The position numbers and the translations under genes are program-made. Of a stretch of 64,000 nucleotides of DNA, positions 1 through 12,985 are shown one piece after another. Within the stretch, counting starts at the first letter, position 1. Every line of letters starts with the position of its first letter. The notes beneath the pieces are model-generated. The model was not told the DNA's origin, searched no databases, and was given only the letters and a program-made list of their open reading frames with translations. The stretch comes from Lytechinus pictus (taxonomy: Eukaryota): NCBI RefSeq assembly GCF_037042905.1, contig NC_087246.1:66030001-66094000 (forward strand), written 5' to 3'.

Positions 1-269
1 GTACATAGAGTGACCATCACAAAATTGATTACATTAAATTTTACATAATAATAATGTATAATTATGATCATTTACATATTTGATTATACCAAGGTTGCAG
101 ACATGCAGTGGTATGACAATATAAGCAGATGCTTGGGCTGTTGTCACACCTTTGGATATATGAAATACATACATGAATATAAAAGAATACTAAAAATTAA
201 AAACTAACGATTACACACAGAAAAAAAATTAACAAATAAACAAATTATATGTGCCACAACTATTATTTA

Positions 270-1100
270 CATAAGAAATTTTTTTATAACTTGCTCAGGG
301 CCTATGTGTTCATCGTTCCTGGTGCTCGCATTGTATGTTTAACAAGATATATAACCCTGTTGTACTAAAACATCCCGTTTTCAAGTCAATATACACCAAA
401 TATAGTCCCTCGCGTTATTATTGTGTTAAAAAAAAACTGTAAAAAAAAATCGCTTTAGATCTTTTTTAAGGACTGATTTTAGGAATTCATGAACAGCAGA
501 TATATCTCACCAATCCACTAATGATTAGTGGATTGGTGAGATTGGTGAGATATATCTGCTGTTCATGAATTCCTAAAATCAGTCCTTAAAAATGATGTCC
601 CTTTTTCTGACATTATTTGGTTAGTGAAATACGTATGGTCTGAGTGAATTCCTAGAAACAAGCCTTAGAATGCCCCTTTTCAGGTCTGAATTTCCTAAAT
701 TTTAAGCTTCACGCTCGTTATATTTGATTAGTGAGATGCGTATGATAATCATGATTACAATTACCACGAAAAGTGCTTCATGATGTGTTTAGATGTAATT
801 ATAACAAAATCAGCAATCGCTTGTTTGTTTAGCAAGACAGGTACGTATCATGATTACAAAAATTTGCTTATGTCCCTTTTAGGTCTGAATATGAAAAATT
901 TTCAGCTCGCGCTTCGCGCTCGCATTATTTGATCAGTGAGATACATTTCCGTTATAATGGCGCAGACCTTAAAATGCCTCTATTAGGTCAGTATACCTGG
1001 CAATTGAGCGCGCCACGCGTGCCCTCTAAGTGACTAAAAAAAATTATGGTGCCCCCCACGCCCCCATGCCGTTAGCGTGGGGGGGGGGGGTACGCCACTA
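270..1100 (+). mobile_element. Non-autonomous hAT-like element, 5'-truncated copy (same family as 46830-47984)
   Basis: Colinear similarity to ~47040-47970, with repeated gctcgcgcttcgcgctcgc motifs; ends ...tacgccacta. Confidence 0.7.
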
Positions 1101-1390
1101 GCCACCGTAATACACCCCAGTCATTACAGATCTGAAATACATTACTTCCTTGACTTCTTAATAATTACATTTCCAAAATCTTTCTTAATCTGATCAAATG
1201 GCTAATTTGTACTTTGCGACGTTTTAATCTGATATAATAAATTTCATCTATTCCTTAATGTTACAAACCAGAAAGACGATATTCAATTATGTGCGTTAAT
1301 TTGCAGCACATGAGATCCCTGGGTAACCTCGCCATATCTTCCAGCCCTACAAAATACCCAGACGACACTCAATGCTCCTAACACTGTATA

Positions 1391-2490
1391 CAGTGGCGTA
1401 ATGTGCAAGAAATTTTGAGGGGCAAGACATGGAGTATGGGGTAGCATTTCGAAAAAAAACTGAGAAGAGTGAAGAGGGTTTAGGATATAGGTACAGTTCT
1501 CCTAATATTTATAGAAAAAGTTGTGTTCTTGCTCGCCATAGTAGAATGGGATCCAGCCGCTCAGGTTAATTGCACAAATCCTGTGATAAGAAATATTTAC
1601 ACTATATAACAATTTCAAATAGGGTAGAAAAAGGGATAGATGTCACAAAATGTCTCGCGAAGTAATGAGCTCACTAAATACTGCAGAGAATATAAACTTC
1701 GAAGGAGTGGAAGTGACGGTAAGAAGTATAAGAATTGGAAAATGTAGAGAAATAGGTATAAATTGATCCTCCACAAGATTTGAGTCGATCCTCACTAGCA
1801 GCTGGATGAGATGGTCAGCATGAGTGGTCAGGACGAAGGCAGAGAGTAGAGTGATGATGTGGTAGAGAAAACAAGTTGTTTTTACCAACATCAGAAAAGG
1901 TGAGACAAAGAAATAAGCGCCAAAAAGGGGGGCAAAACAAAGTTGAAAAGAACAAAGAAGAGAGAAGCAGACTGTGAGAAAAGCAAACATGCAAGCATCT
2001 CTGTAGTGATGTTGTATACCTGCAAGTTCATTGCAATAAACAAGGGACAATGAAAGGATGTTTGCTCCAAGTCTAGGAACAAAAGAAAGGTTGTTTCTAA
2101 ATATAAGAATGTGTTTGCCAAGTAGATTTGGGCAGGTAATGAGTTGCGTTGTTCTGTGCAAGTACCGTATAGTAGTACATTGCACATGGCAGAAGCAAGT
2201 TAGAATGTAGACATGAAATTGAAAATAAAAGAAAGAATTTATATACATGTTCAGAATATTGAAATATAAATGAAAATATATACAAGGAAAGAATATATAG
2301 ATGTAGATATAGTCAAGTCACTACAAGGGTAAGCAAAAATTTTGGTTCTTTAATGCAAAAAAAATATTTTCTCGATAGATTTTGACCTAATTATTCAGAA
2401 CTTATCATTTTCCCTTTCTCCCCTTTCTCTTGCTCTTGGATATTTGAGGGGGTCCATGGCCCCAAGCCCCTCCCCCATCTGTACTCCGAA
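1391..2490. mobile_element. hAT-like MITE (family of 52207-52465) carrying a ~0.85-kb purine-skewed insertion
   Basis: Starts cagtggcgta...ggggcaagacatgg and ends ...cccccatctgtac, like the uninterrupted copy at 52207-52465. Confidence 0.45.
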
Positions 2491-2897
2491 ACCCCACTAT
2501 ACATGATGTGAAGCTCTCAGAAGGAGCTACAATCATAACATTTAGATAAAATATAAATATTTTAAGTTTTCTCCTAACAAGAGGTCTCGAAGATCGATAG
2601 GGGTCTTTGTTTAGAGGCTATATTTAAGAGGTGATGCAAAAATGCGTTTAATATATCGTGAATATAATTATTCAAAATCGGTAGAACAAAGGTTTACAAT
2701 CTGTTTATTGACGAGTATTGCGTTACAGGCGTATGCTGCCACAAGCCACTACTTTTTGTGATGACATGAATAATGTATTCATGTTCATTATTTGATTTTT
2801 ACTCTAATCAAGTGACTTTTATGACATAGAAGAAAATGAATGTTTAGTTGAATTGAATAAAATTGGCAAGAAGTTTTCTTGTTTTTCACTATTCGTG

Positions 2898-3257
2898 TAG
2901 AGTTAATATAGAATGGAGCTATAACACTGTATAATGATAACGAAGCATTCATATCATGCGAAATTATAATAATTAAACTTACTCGTTCATGAGATTCGTC
3001 ACTTGAAATATAATCTATAATTAGAGTTAATATAGAATGGAGCTATAACACTGTATAATGATAACGAAGCATTCATATCATGCGAAATTATAATAATTCA
3101 ACTTACTCGTTCATGAGATTCGTCACTTGAAATATAATCTATAATTAGAGTTAATATAGAATGGAGCTATAACACTGTATAATGATAACGAAGCATTCAT
3201 ATCATGCGAAATTATAATAATTCAACTTACTCGTTCATGAGATTCGTCACTTGAAAT
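2898..3257. repeat. Tandem repeat, 124-bp unit, ~2.9 near-identical copies
   Basis: Unit begins tagagttaatatagaatggagc at 2898, 3022 and 3146. Confidence 0.95.
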
Positions 3258-6064
3258 TATAGATGGGTATTTCTTATCCTCAACCCTGACAGTCCTGTGC
3301 CAAGTCTTCGTTCTGTCTGCTAAAGACTCGCCGCATGTTTGATGCTGATGAAAATACGCGCGCAGAACCCAATCCTAATCCCAGACACAAATAAATCAAA
3401 CATGACTTGCGAAGCCCCCATGAATCGACCAATTACCAATCATGTATATAGAGAAGGATGTCATTCACGAGATTCATGGACAATTATTATCCGACTTCGG
3501 TCTTTCATAGTTTCAAGTCTTATCTTCACCTATTCTGCAGACCATTTACTGGTTAGCTCATATTACCGTCCTGAGCAAAACGCTGAAAATAACCGTATTT
3601 ATTGAATTATAAGACTTAGCAATATTTTGTGAAAGCAATTAAATATATGCACGTCGTCAAGAATATTCATATGATGATGTATGTCCCCACTTATCATTAC
3701 TTAGTATTTCATACTGTAAAAAAAATGTGTCAATTACATTGTCTTCCTTATAACAAAATAAATTGCGGCAATGAACGATTGCCCGTTATATCGGTTGTCA
3801 GTCCATTTTTTTTATTTTTGGTGGACAAATATGAATAAATATAATATCAAACAATAACATACAAAAGAATAAGTGGAGATTTGACATCATCAGCTTGCTT
3901 ATTGCATAATCATGCTTAATCATACTAAATCACACTAAATCAAATCAAAAACTTGGTTACCCGATGTATCCAATATTCCATTTGCATTAGATCAATATGA
4001 TTTCGTTTCCAATTATAGGAAATATAGACATAGCGAGGGTGTTGCGTTATATGTTTCACACGTTCAATTACGAATGCAAGATTCATGACGAAATCAGTAA
4101 TTATGAATTAATACGTAGAGTCACTTTTTATCGAAATCAATGTCCCAAATAAAAAAAAATAATTGTAGGTGTTATATATAGACCACCGAATTCTAACCAT
4201 AATGATTTTTTTACTTTACCTTGCACGACTAGGTGTTTCCTAAGAGTCTGCTGACTGGTCGCCTGATTATACATCATGTTTCAATAAGTTTCTGCATATT
4301 TTCAGTAGTAAATTGGATAAGCATATTCTAAAAGTAAAAGATAGACAAACTAACCATAAAAAAATCACCAGGAATTCCTTGGATATCTTAACCACTTTTG
4401 CGTTTAATTAAAAGAAAAAATAACTTATATCTGTATATCATAACTAAAAACTTGAAGGTACTCTACAGGCAAAAACTAAATACACCACATATAAGAATAC
4501 TGTAGCCGAACCTTTCTTTCCAGGCGAACTGGTTCGTTTCGACCGCATACAAGCAGTTGCAGGTGTAAAATCCGTCTTTTTCATTTCTGACTCTCTGCTC
4601 CCAGTAACTTTGGAACCGAACAACCATGTTGAAGAACCGTGTGTGATTTTCTTATAATGGTAGGAAGACCATACACGGTATACTTCTCACTCAATATATC
4701 TCGTCTATCCAGTAACTCTTGCTATTTCCAGTATCTCAGTCATTTCGGTTTCTCCTGTACTTCGCCCATTCCAGTATTTTCCGTAATTTCAGTACTCTCA
4801 GCCATTTTTCAGTAATTTACGTATCTCAGTAATTTCAGTATTTTCCTTATCTCGGTACAGCATTCTCAATTCTTCTCGTCAGTACTTCCAACACTTCATA
4901 CTTCTGATCTATTTCCGATTCTTGATACGTCACAACTCCGTACAACGAAATAAGAAGAAGAATTAATTTCTTATTATTTTGATGCTGAGAAAATTATATT
5001 CATCCTGTCTCTTTAGTGAGCACGAAGCCCGTCTGCGTTTAAAAATAATGGAGGCCGCTTGTTAGCCAGAAAACTTGGAGCTTATTTAAAAAACAGTTAA
5101 AGTCATAAAATAAATCTTTTGAGAGACGGTGATGGTTAATGGCACTTTGTATTATACCCAAACAGCTATTAATAATTAAAGATACATTTTAAGACAATCA
5201 TACATTATAAACACCGCTATTTCTCAGCAAATAGTGTTTAATAACATTTAAAAGAAAAGCTACGTAATCGATTACAAACGATTACTGAATTTCCCTATGC
5301 AACTACATGTATATACATGGATTAAAAATTATTCTACGCTCTTCACCGTTTAGAAACCATGCTGAACATAATAAACCTTTCAATTTGTTATAATACTCTA
5401 ATTGAGACAATACGTTTGACAAAGAAAAGATACTTCACTGATTGAATAATTCTATATAAGCACGACATTCAAAATACATGGAAAGTTCTTAAACAGAAAT
5501 TACACATAATCCAATGAAACTACTGATGCAAAATAATACCATACAATTAATTTCTTTAATTTATGAGCCCTTTTTTTCAAAGACACTCTACCCCACTCCA
5601 GCAGTACATCAGTGACCAATGGTGATATAATTAATGCAGTGAGCAAACAAATATGTTTTACTAATCCTTTTTATAAATGCAAGTGAACGAAGCGGACCAG
5701 CAAAAGAAATATGAAATAAATTATTAGAGCTTTCGTTGACTTTGTACGTAGAATGATATTAGAATACCATAACCTGCATAATAAATTCTTGTTGGTACAT
5801 TGAAATACGTATTTTATATATTTGAAATATTTATTCGATTTTAAACAATTCTCCCACCCCAGTAGTACGCCAATGTTATCGATGATTAAAATTTAATGAA
5901 TATCTTGAGCACTGATCTGTGGTGTCTTTGGGTTTGTTTGGATGTCCATTGTCTGCTCGATCATATTCCGGAGTTTGTATACAAAATAAAAATGACGATT
6001 ATGTCGCATAATTACAATGAAGCTTCATAATAGATCCTTACATCCAGGATGTCCTGCGAAAAGA

Positions 6065-9000
6065 TCAGAATGTCCTTTTCTCCTGTCTCACGCAGCGGAA
6101 TAACTTCTGCAGGAATCGTGTTATTTTCACTGAGGAGATAAAAAGGGGTGGGGGAGACCGGGGTGTCAATATTGATAGTAGAGAAACGGAATATCAAAGC
6201 GACAATTTTTTTAATTGATTTCTGTATGTTTTTGGAAAATGTGTTTGATGACAATGCTATAATATTGCTATATACCGATACGCTTTCAAACCATCCACTC
6301 ACTTTTCATAATCAATAAATGAATCTACAAAATCATAAATCTGTTCAACATGTTCGAGGTCTGTTATTGCAACCATGGGAATATGATTATGAACTTCATA
6401 TGTTTTGATCATGTCAACTTCTAGTTGAATAAGCCTATTATCTTTTCTCCATTTTGAAATGTCTATGTTATGTACAGGTAATACAACTCATTAAATCTGA
6501 AAAAAAATAATATCCGCATGAGTTCAGACTCTGACGATTATATTCATTCAAATCAATTTTCACCTGTCTTGATGGAAAAAAATAATTGTTAAACATGTAT
6601 GAGTGACGAAATCGTGAGAGTTTTAATCCCTCGGGGCGGCACGAGACCCCACCACCCATGGCAACTTGCACATGTAACTTGAAATTATCGGCTTTAATTT
6701 CCATTCAATGGTTTTATATCTATCACATTAACAGTGAGCTGATATATATTTTTTAATTTACGAGTTACTTTAAATCTTATATTTTTTAATTCATAGTCAT
6801 TTCTTCGAAGGTAAAATAACTTTTGTTAGAGACTTAGCAAAAATAGAAATAGAAATTTACCTGAATATGGCCGGATCCTCTTCAGTTTGTATTTGGGATG
6901 CACCATTGCGTAATAAACCGGGATAGCAACGAAAGCGAGGATGAGCGCGATGCAGTTCCTAAGGGGGTTGGCATATAACGACATCGAAGCAATGAACAAG
7001 AGGGCCGCCATGTAAACGAATGCGATCACAAGCGGAACCTGTGTAGTAATCACGATAAGGAGTGATATATCACTGAAATAGTAAAGATTGGATGAAGATA
7101 TATTATGTTCAACAAAAACACAGCATAAATGATTATGTTGAAGCTTCTTAACCAAGAGATATTAGTATATTTCACAAATTACTTATTAAAACAAGCATGC
7201 TATAAGATTCTTACTTTATAGGGTCGGGGCATGTCAGGGTACTTCCATCGATAGTAAGGCACGATAGCGATAGTAACCGTTTCAAATACGACATCTATAA
7301 ACCCAAGGTATTCGACCAGGACAATGATATCGTCTTCGACGAGGAAGATGAGTGCGATCACACAAGATAATATAGCAGGAAGAGGCGTGTTACGTGAGAT
7401 GGACACCATGGATAAGATCTCGGGGAGGTGACCTTCTCGGGCCGATGAAAACCTTGTCCTGATAAAGAAAAAAAAAGGACAACATAAGAGCATTAAAAAG
7501 AACAACGTCCCCCCCCCCCCATCTGGTATTGGTACATTTTAGCAAAGAGCTCGAAGCTCCTTGATTTTAGCTATTTATCTATATAGTTATGCACAAATCG
7601 GATAAAATGAGATCATTCCAATTTCCTTAATAACGTGTTTACCTTTTTGCTCAATCACTGCTATTTTCGCTTCTTTTTTTTTTTTACTCAGTAATGCACA
7701 GAATATTGCAACAATGACCAGACACCCCCCCCCCTTCAGTGGTGGATCCAGGCGGGGCGCAAGAGACACACGCCCCTCTATTAATAGAGAATTTGCCATT
7801 CATCATACTACATCAATATAACTCAATTAGACAAGGGTTTGGGGATTTTCATTCATTTTTTTTTCGAGAGAATATAAATGCTTTTAGACTGAGCCAAAGT
7901 AGTATGTGTGCATTATTGGATTGACTATAATTCCGACGGCTTGTGTGTTCTAATTGAGGCGAAATCCGTATCAGATTAATCAAGGGAATATTTATCGTTC
8001 TTCTTTTCATGAAATTTCATTTTTTATCATTGCTTTGAATTATCATTATTATTTTTTGTGTGTGTCGTTGATGCTTAGAATCTTTTCATCGTTTAAGACG
8101 ATGATCTTTCACATCCCACAACATGAAATTTAACGTAACAAAGTCTAAATAAACTCAAATCGTTCGTGCGCCATCTATCGTTATATGCAATCGCAATGAC
8201 GCAAAGGGTGGAAGGGGAGGGATATGAATGCGAGTATGAGGTATCCCCCCCCCCCTCGTTACCAATGAAAAAACGGATAAGAATTGCTTATAATTGACGC
8301 CCATATTCAAGGTTGGCAAAATGAGCACTTTTTGTATGGTTGAATAACCTTTTAGTTTCTTATCCTCACGCCATAATTTGTGTTTTCTATGACCCCCACT
8401 GATATATTGAATATTGTATCATAGTGATTTGTATTGTTCTTATTTAAAGTGGAATTGAATTTGAAATTTAGTTTATTTATTGATTCATTTTTTACTTTTC
8501 AAATTTTATAGGAGGAAAATGTCGACTCTGTTTTGGAATTGATTGCCTTTTATCCTATTAAATTCTCGGAAAGGATCGTCGACCAATTTTACTTCAATCA
8601 ATGGTTGACCGTTTACTTTTATATCGACAAGAACAATTTTTTTTTTTGGGGGGAATATGACCCCCATCCTCAGGGGTGTCACTAGGACTTTTCCGGGGGG
8701 GGGGGGTGGAGGCCCTGATTACCGACAAATATCGGTACCGATTACTGACGTCCGGCGACATGATGAGTTTTGAAAGCATTCCTCATTCCCCTTAAATAGG
8801 GACGCACCATTAAATATCCAGTGGGGGGGGGGGGGGGGAGGCTGGAAGTTTTTCAACCAAAAAAAAATATAGTTGCTATATGAGCAAAAAAAAGAAAAGT
8901 TGATTCACCATCAGAGTAAAAACAAACTTGGTCCACTGCCAAAATTCTGAATGAGGCAAAAAAAAAACTTGTCTCTGAGGACTGAGAAAAAAATACTCAA

Positions 9001-12000
9001 GAAGAAAGGGGGGGGGGTTGCAACAACCCAAACTTCCAGCCCCCCTGGGTATCTAATAGTGCGTGCCCTAGTCACATTTCTTTCGTCACACACAGAGGCA
9101 GTACCATCCCCTCCTCCCCCCTTAAGCGACGGCCCTCCCAATCCCTCCAAAAGCAGCCTTTGATATAGGTGTATAATACCTTGATGATTTATAAATGCTG
9201 GTGTTGGTGCTGCCCAATGAAGACATCGCAACAAACACCCAGATCATCCACGACCATCTGATTCCAAGGGAATGGATGCTGTAATCCTGAAACGAAATGG
9301 GGGAAGGGTTGTCTTTAAAGTGAATATTTATTTCGAAAGTATATGGTAGTAACGCATCGCAAGATAGATAGTTCAGAAGTTGTTGATTTCAGTAACTTCG
9401 GCTGCGAAAACTAAAGAGTAAACAGGTCGCATAATAAATAGTGTCCAAATCAACGAGTTTGCCTCTTTGTAGTTCTTTATTGTACTCATCGACCTTGACA
9501 TCGAGGGCAATTATGTGGAATTGTCCTTGGCTTTGGGCAGTCAGTCATTGACATTGTCCTTGATCTTGGCCTTGTCTCTGTGGCAGGCACAACACTGCCT
9601 GAGCTTGTGTAATTCATCATTTACCCCCCCCCCATAAAAGTACCAATGCATAGATAAAAGAAGAAAAAAAATACGAAGTTACAGCTACAAATCAATTACG
9701 AATACAAATCATGAAGAAGAAGAAACAAAACATAAAACAACGGTGAGGAGAACAATATGAAAGACTAAAACGAAGTAATGGAAAAGATTTTATTAAAAGG
9801 GACAGCGACAGTATATTCCGATAGTGGACAATATAAAAGTGACGTCTTTTAGTAGAATAGTACCGAAACTTATTTGTTTTTATCCGTTGTTGTTCATTTT
9901 TCCTTACCACTTCTAAAAAAACATACCGGGGGCAGTGGCCACATTCTTAAAACAAATCAAATTGACTAGACCAGTAGTCAGCTGGGTGCAACTGATATGA
10001 CAATCACTGATTATCACATTTCTGACATATATTCTACGAGTCAGAAAAAACTATGTTTTAGTAAAATACGACTAGAAAATAGTCAAATATGACTAGAATA
10101 ACAGTTGTACCCCGCTGACCCTAGTAACTAGTCATTTGTTACTGTTTGTTTAAGAGTGCACTGCCCCCCCCCCCCCCGTGTGCTGCCCATTCTCATTGAT
10201 GAGGGGTAAATCTCTTACCGCTGCCACCGCATCGGATGCAAGAATCTCATTAGGTGAGAGAAGCGTTAGATAGGCGACGTTGGTCATGAGGTACACCGCC
10301 GTGATCAACGACATCGAGATGACGATGCTCAGTGGAATATTTCTGGATTATGAAAAGTAAAATAATAGCTGCAGATGATTTTTAGTAGGTTTTAGTGTTT
10401 ACTGTTGATATTTTGTTTTAAAAAATCTGCTTTTGAAAAGAACGCCGCCTTTATGACTAACGCTCCGACTGTGCTTTTTGTAATTAACCTCCATTTTCCC
10501 GTTGTTCTTTTCTTCCTTAACTCCGTTCCTTCTTTTTGTCCCTTATTTCCCTTCTCCATTTCAATTCCTTTGCTTCTCTTTCACTCTCATTTTTGCCATT
10601 TCTTTTATTTCCTCTCTCCCTTTCCATTCTTCTTTAAAGGTCAAGTGCACCCCAGCAAAATGTTGATCTGAATAAATAGAGAAAAATCATATTAGCATAA
10701 CACTGAAAATTTCATCAAAATCGGATGTAAAACAGTGATATGCACAACTCAGTGACATGCCAAATCGTCAGTCGATGATGTCCATCACTCACTATTTCTT
10801 TTGTTTTTTTATTGTTTGAATTATACAATATTTCATTTTTTACAGATTTGACCATAGGGACCGACTTGACTGAATCATATTGTTTATATCAAACAATGCT
10901 AATTCCACATGTTCAGGGAGGAATTAATCACTGTTTCACTTGACAATGAGAAGAAAATTAGAATATCTCATATTTCATTTGATAAAATTCAAAAGAAATA
11001 GTGAGTGGATAACGTCATCAGTCTCCTCATTTGCATAACGACCAGGATGTGCATATAACTGTTTTGTGAAATTAAGCTAAACTTTAAAATGTCATAACTT
11101 TCTTATTTTACATCCGATTTTGATGAAATTTTAAGTGTTATGCTTGTTGGATATTTTTCTTTATATTCAAATCAATTTTTGTTGGGGTGGACTTGTCCTT
11201 TAAGAAATACAACCCGAAACTTTCATGGACATGGATGTTGCTTTACCTGGATACGCAGTTTACTGCCAGGATGTAAACAACAATTGTATCTTGTTGCTTT
11301 TCCGAAAGTGCAATTTTAAGAATTGTTTTTATTCAATTCAATTCAATTTAATTCAAAATTATTTCACTTTTTCAAAAATGAATAAATAAATTCCATATAA
11401 TAAAATACAAAATAATAAGTGGGAATATGACATCATCAGCTTGCTAATTACATATTCATGAAGAAATACATATATAATTGTTTCGCCGAAATATTGCAAA
11501 ACTTTAAAGATCCGATTTTGATGAAATTTTCAGTATTGTAATTTTCTGATTGTAATTTTTCTGTATAATCATAATATTTCAAACCTTGAGTACCCCTTCA
11601 ATCTGAACCCAAAGTAAAAAAACAGATAATAGTATAAAAAAAAAACGTTGGACGGTGAATACTGTAAATTGTCTCGACGACTTACCGTGCAGGGCTCTTT
11701 ACTTCTTCTGTGATTGTGGTGACAACGCTCCTGAAAAAGAGAAAGTATGAAATCAATCAATGACCCCTTTGCGGTAGTCACTCTTCATCTACAGCTGTAT
11801 ATATGAGGTGAGGTGACAATGACGATGGTCAAATGATGACAGTCACGTTGTGGGGATAATAATAGTGGTGATGATTTTTCTTATTATTTGATGGTGATGG
11901 GTATGAGGTTGGTGATAATGATCGTGTTGAAAATAACTATAGGCCTCATCGATGACGTTGGTGACAAAAAGGGATGCAAGAACTAATCCTACTACAGTGA

Positions 12001-12942
12001 CTAACCTACTACCGTAACTAATCTACTACCGTGACTAATCCTAGTACCGTGACGTAACCTACTACCGTAACTATAATCCTACTATCGTGACTTATATCCT
12101 ACTACCGTGACTAACCTACTACCGTAACTAATCTACTACCGTAACTAATCCTACTACCGTGACTAGACTACTACCGTATACTCCTACTATTGTGAATAAC
12201 CTACTACCGTGACTAACCTTCTACCGTGACTCATATCCTACTACCGTGACTAACCTACTACCGTGACTAACCTACTACCGTGACTCATCCTACTACCGTG
12301 ACTAATCCTACTACCGTAACTAATCTACTACCGTAACTAACCTACTACCGTAACTAATCCTACTACCGTGACTCATATCCTACTACCGTGACTAACCTTC
12401 TACCGTGACTAATGTACTACCGTAACTAATCTACTACCGTAACTAACCTACTACCGTGACTAATCTACTACCGTGATTAATCATACCGTAACTAATCTAC
12501 TACCGAGACTAACCTACTGCCCTAACTAACTAATCCTACTACCGTGACTCATATCCTACTACCGTGACTAACCTACTGCCGTGACTAACCTACTACCGTG
12601 ACTCATCCTACTACCGTGACTAATCCTACTACCGTAACTAATCTACTACCGTAACTAACCTACTACCGTAACTAATCCTACTACCGTGACTCCTATCCTA
12701 CTACCGTGACTAACCTACTACCGTGACTAACCTTCTACCGTGACTAATCTACTACCGTAACTAACCTACTACCGTGACTAATCTACTACCGTGATTAATC
12801 CTACCGTAACTAATCTACTACCGTAACTAACCTACTACTGAGACTAACCTACTACCCTAACTAACTAATCCTACTACCGTGACTCATATCCTACTACCGT
12901 GACTTACATACTACCGTGACTAACCTACTACCGTGACTAATC

Positions 12943-12985
<43 letters not shown>

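Noticed and set aside
1643-2248. 201-aa minus-strand ORF
   Set aside because: Arises from a strongly purine-skewed insertion within a MITE; Leu/Phe-rich composition with no recognisable domain or splice context.
6012-6302. 96-aa ORF from the track
   Set aside because: Wrong frame; the real terminal exon (6129-6065) is in another frame and matches paralogue B.
11985-12950. Repeat array superficially resembling a CRISPR
   Set aside because: Eukaryotic intron; contiguous degenerate units with no unique spacers and no cas genes.
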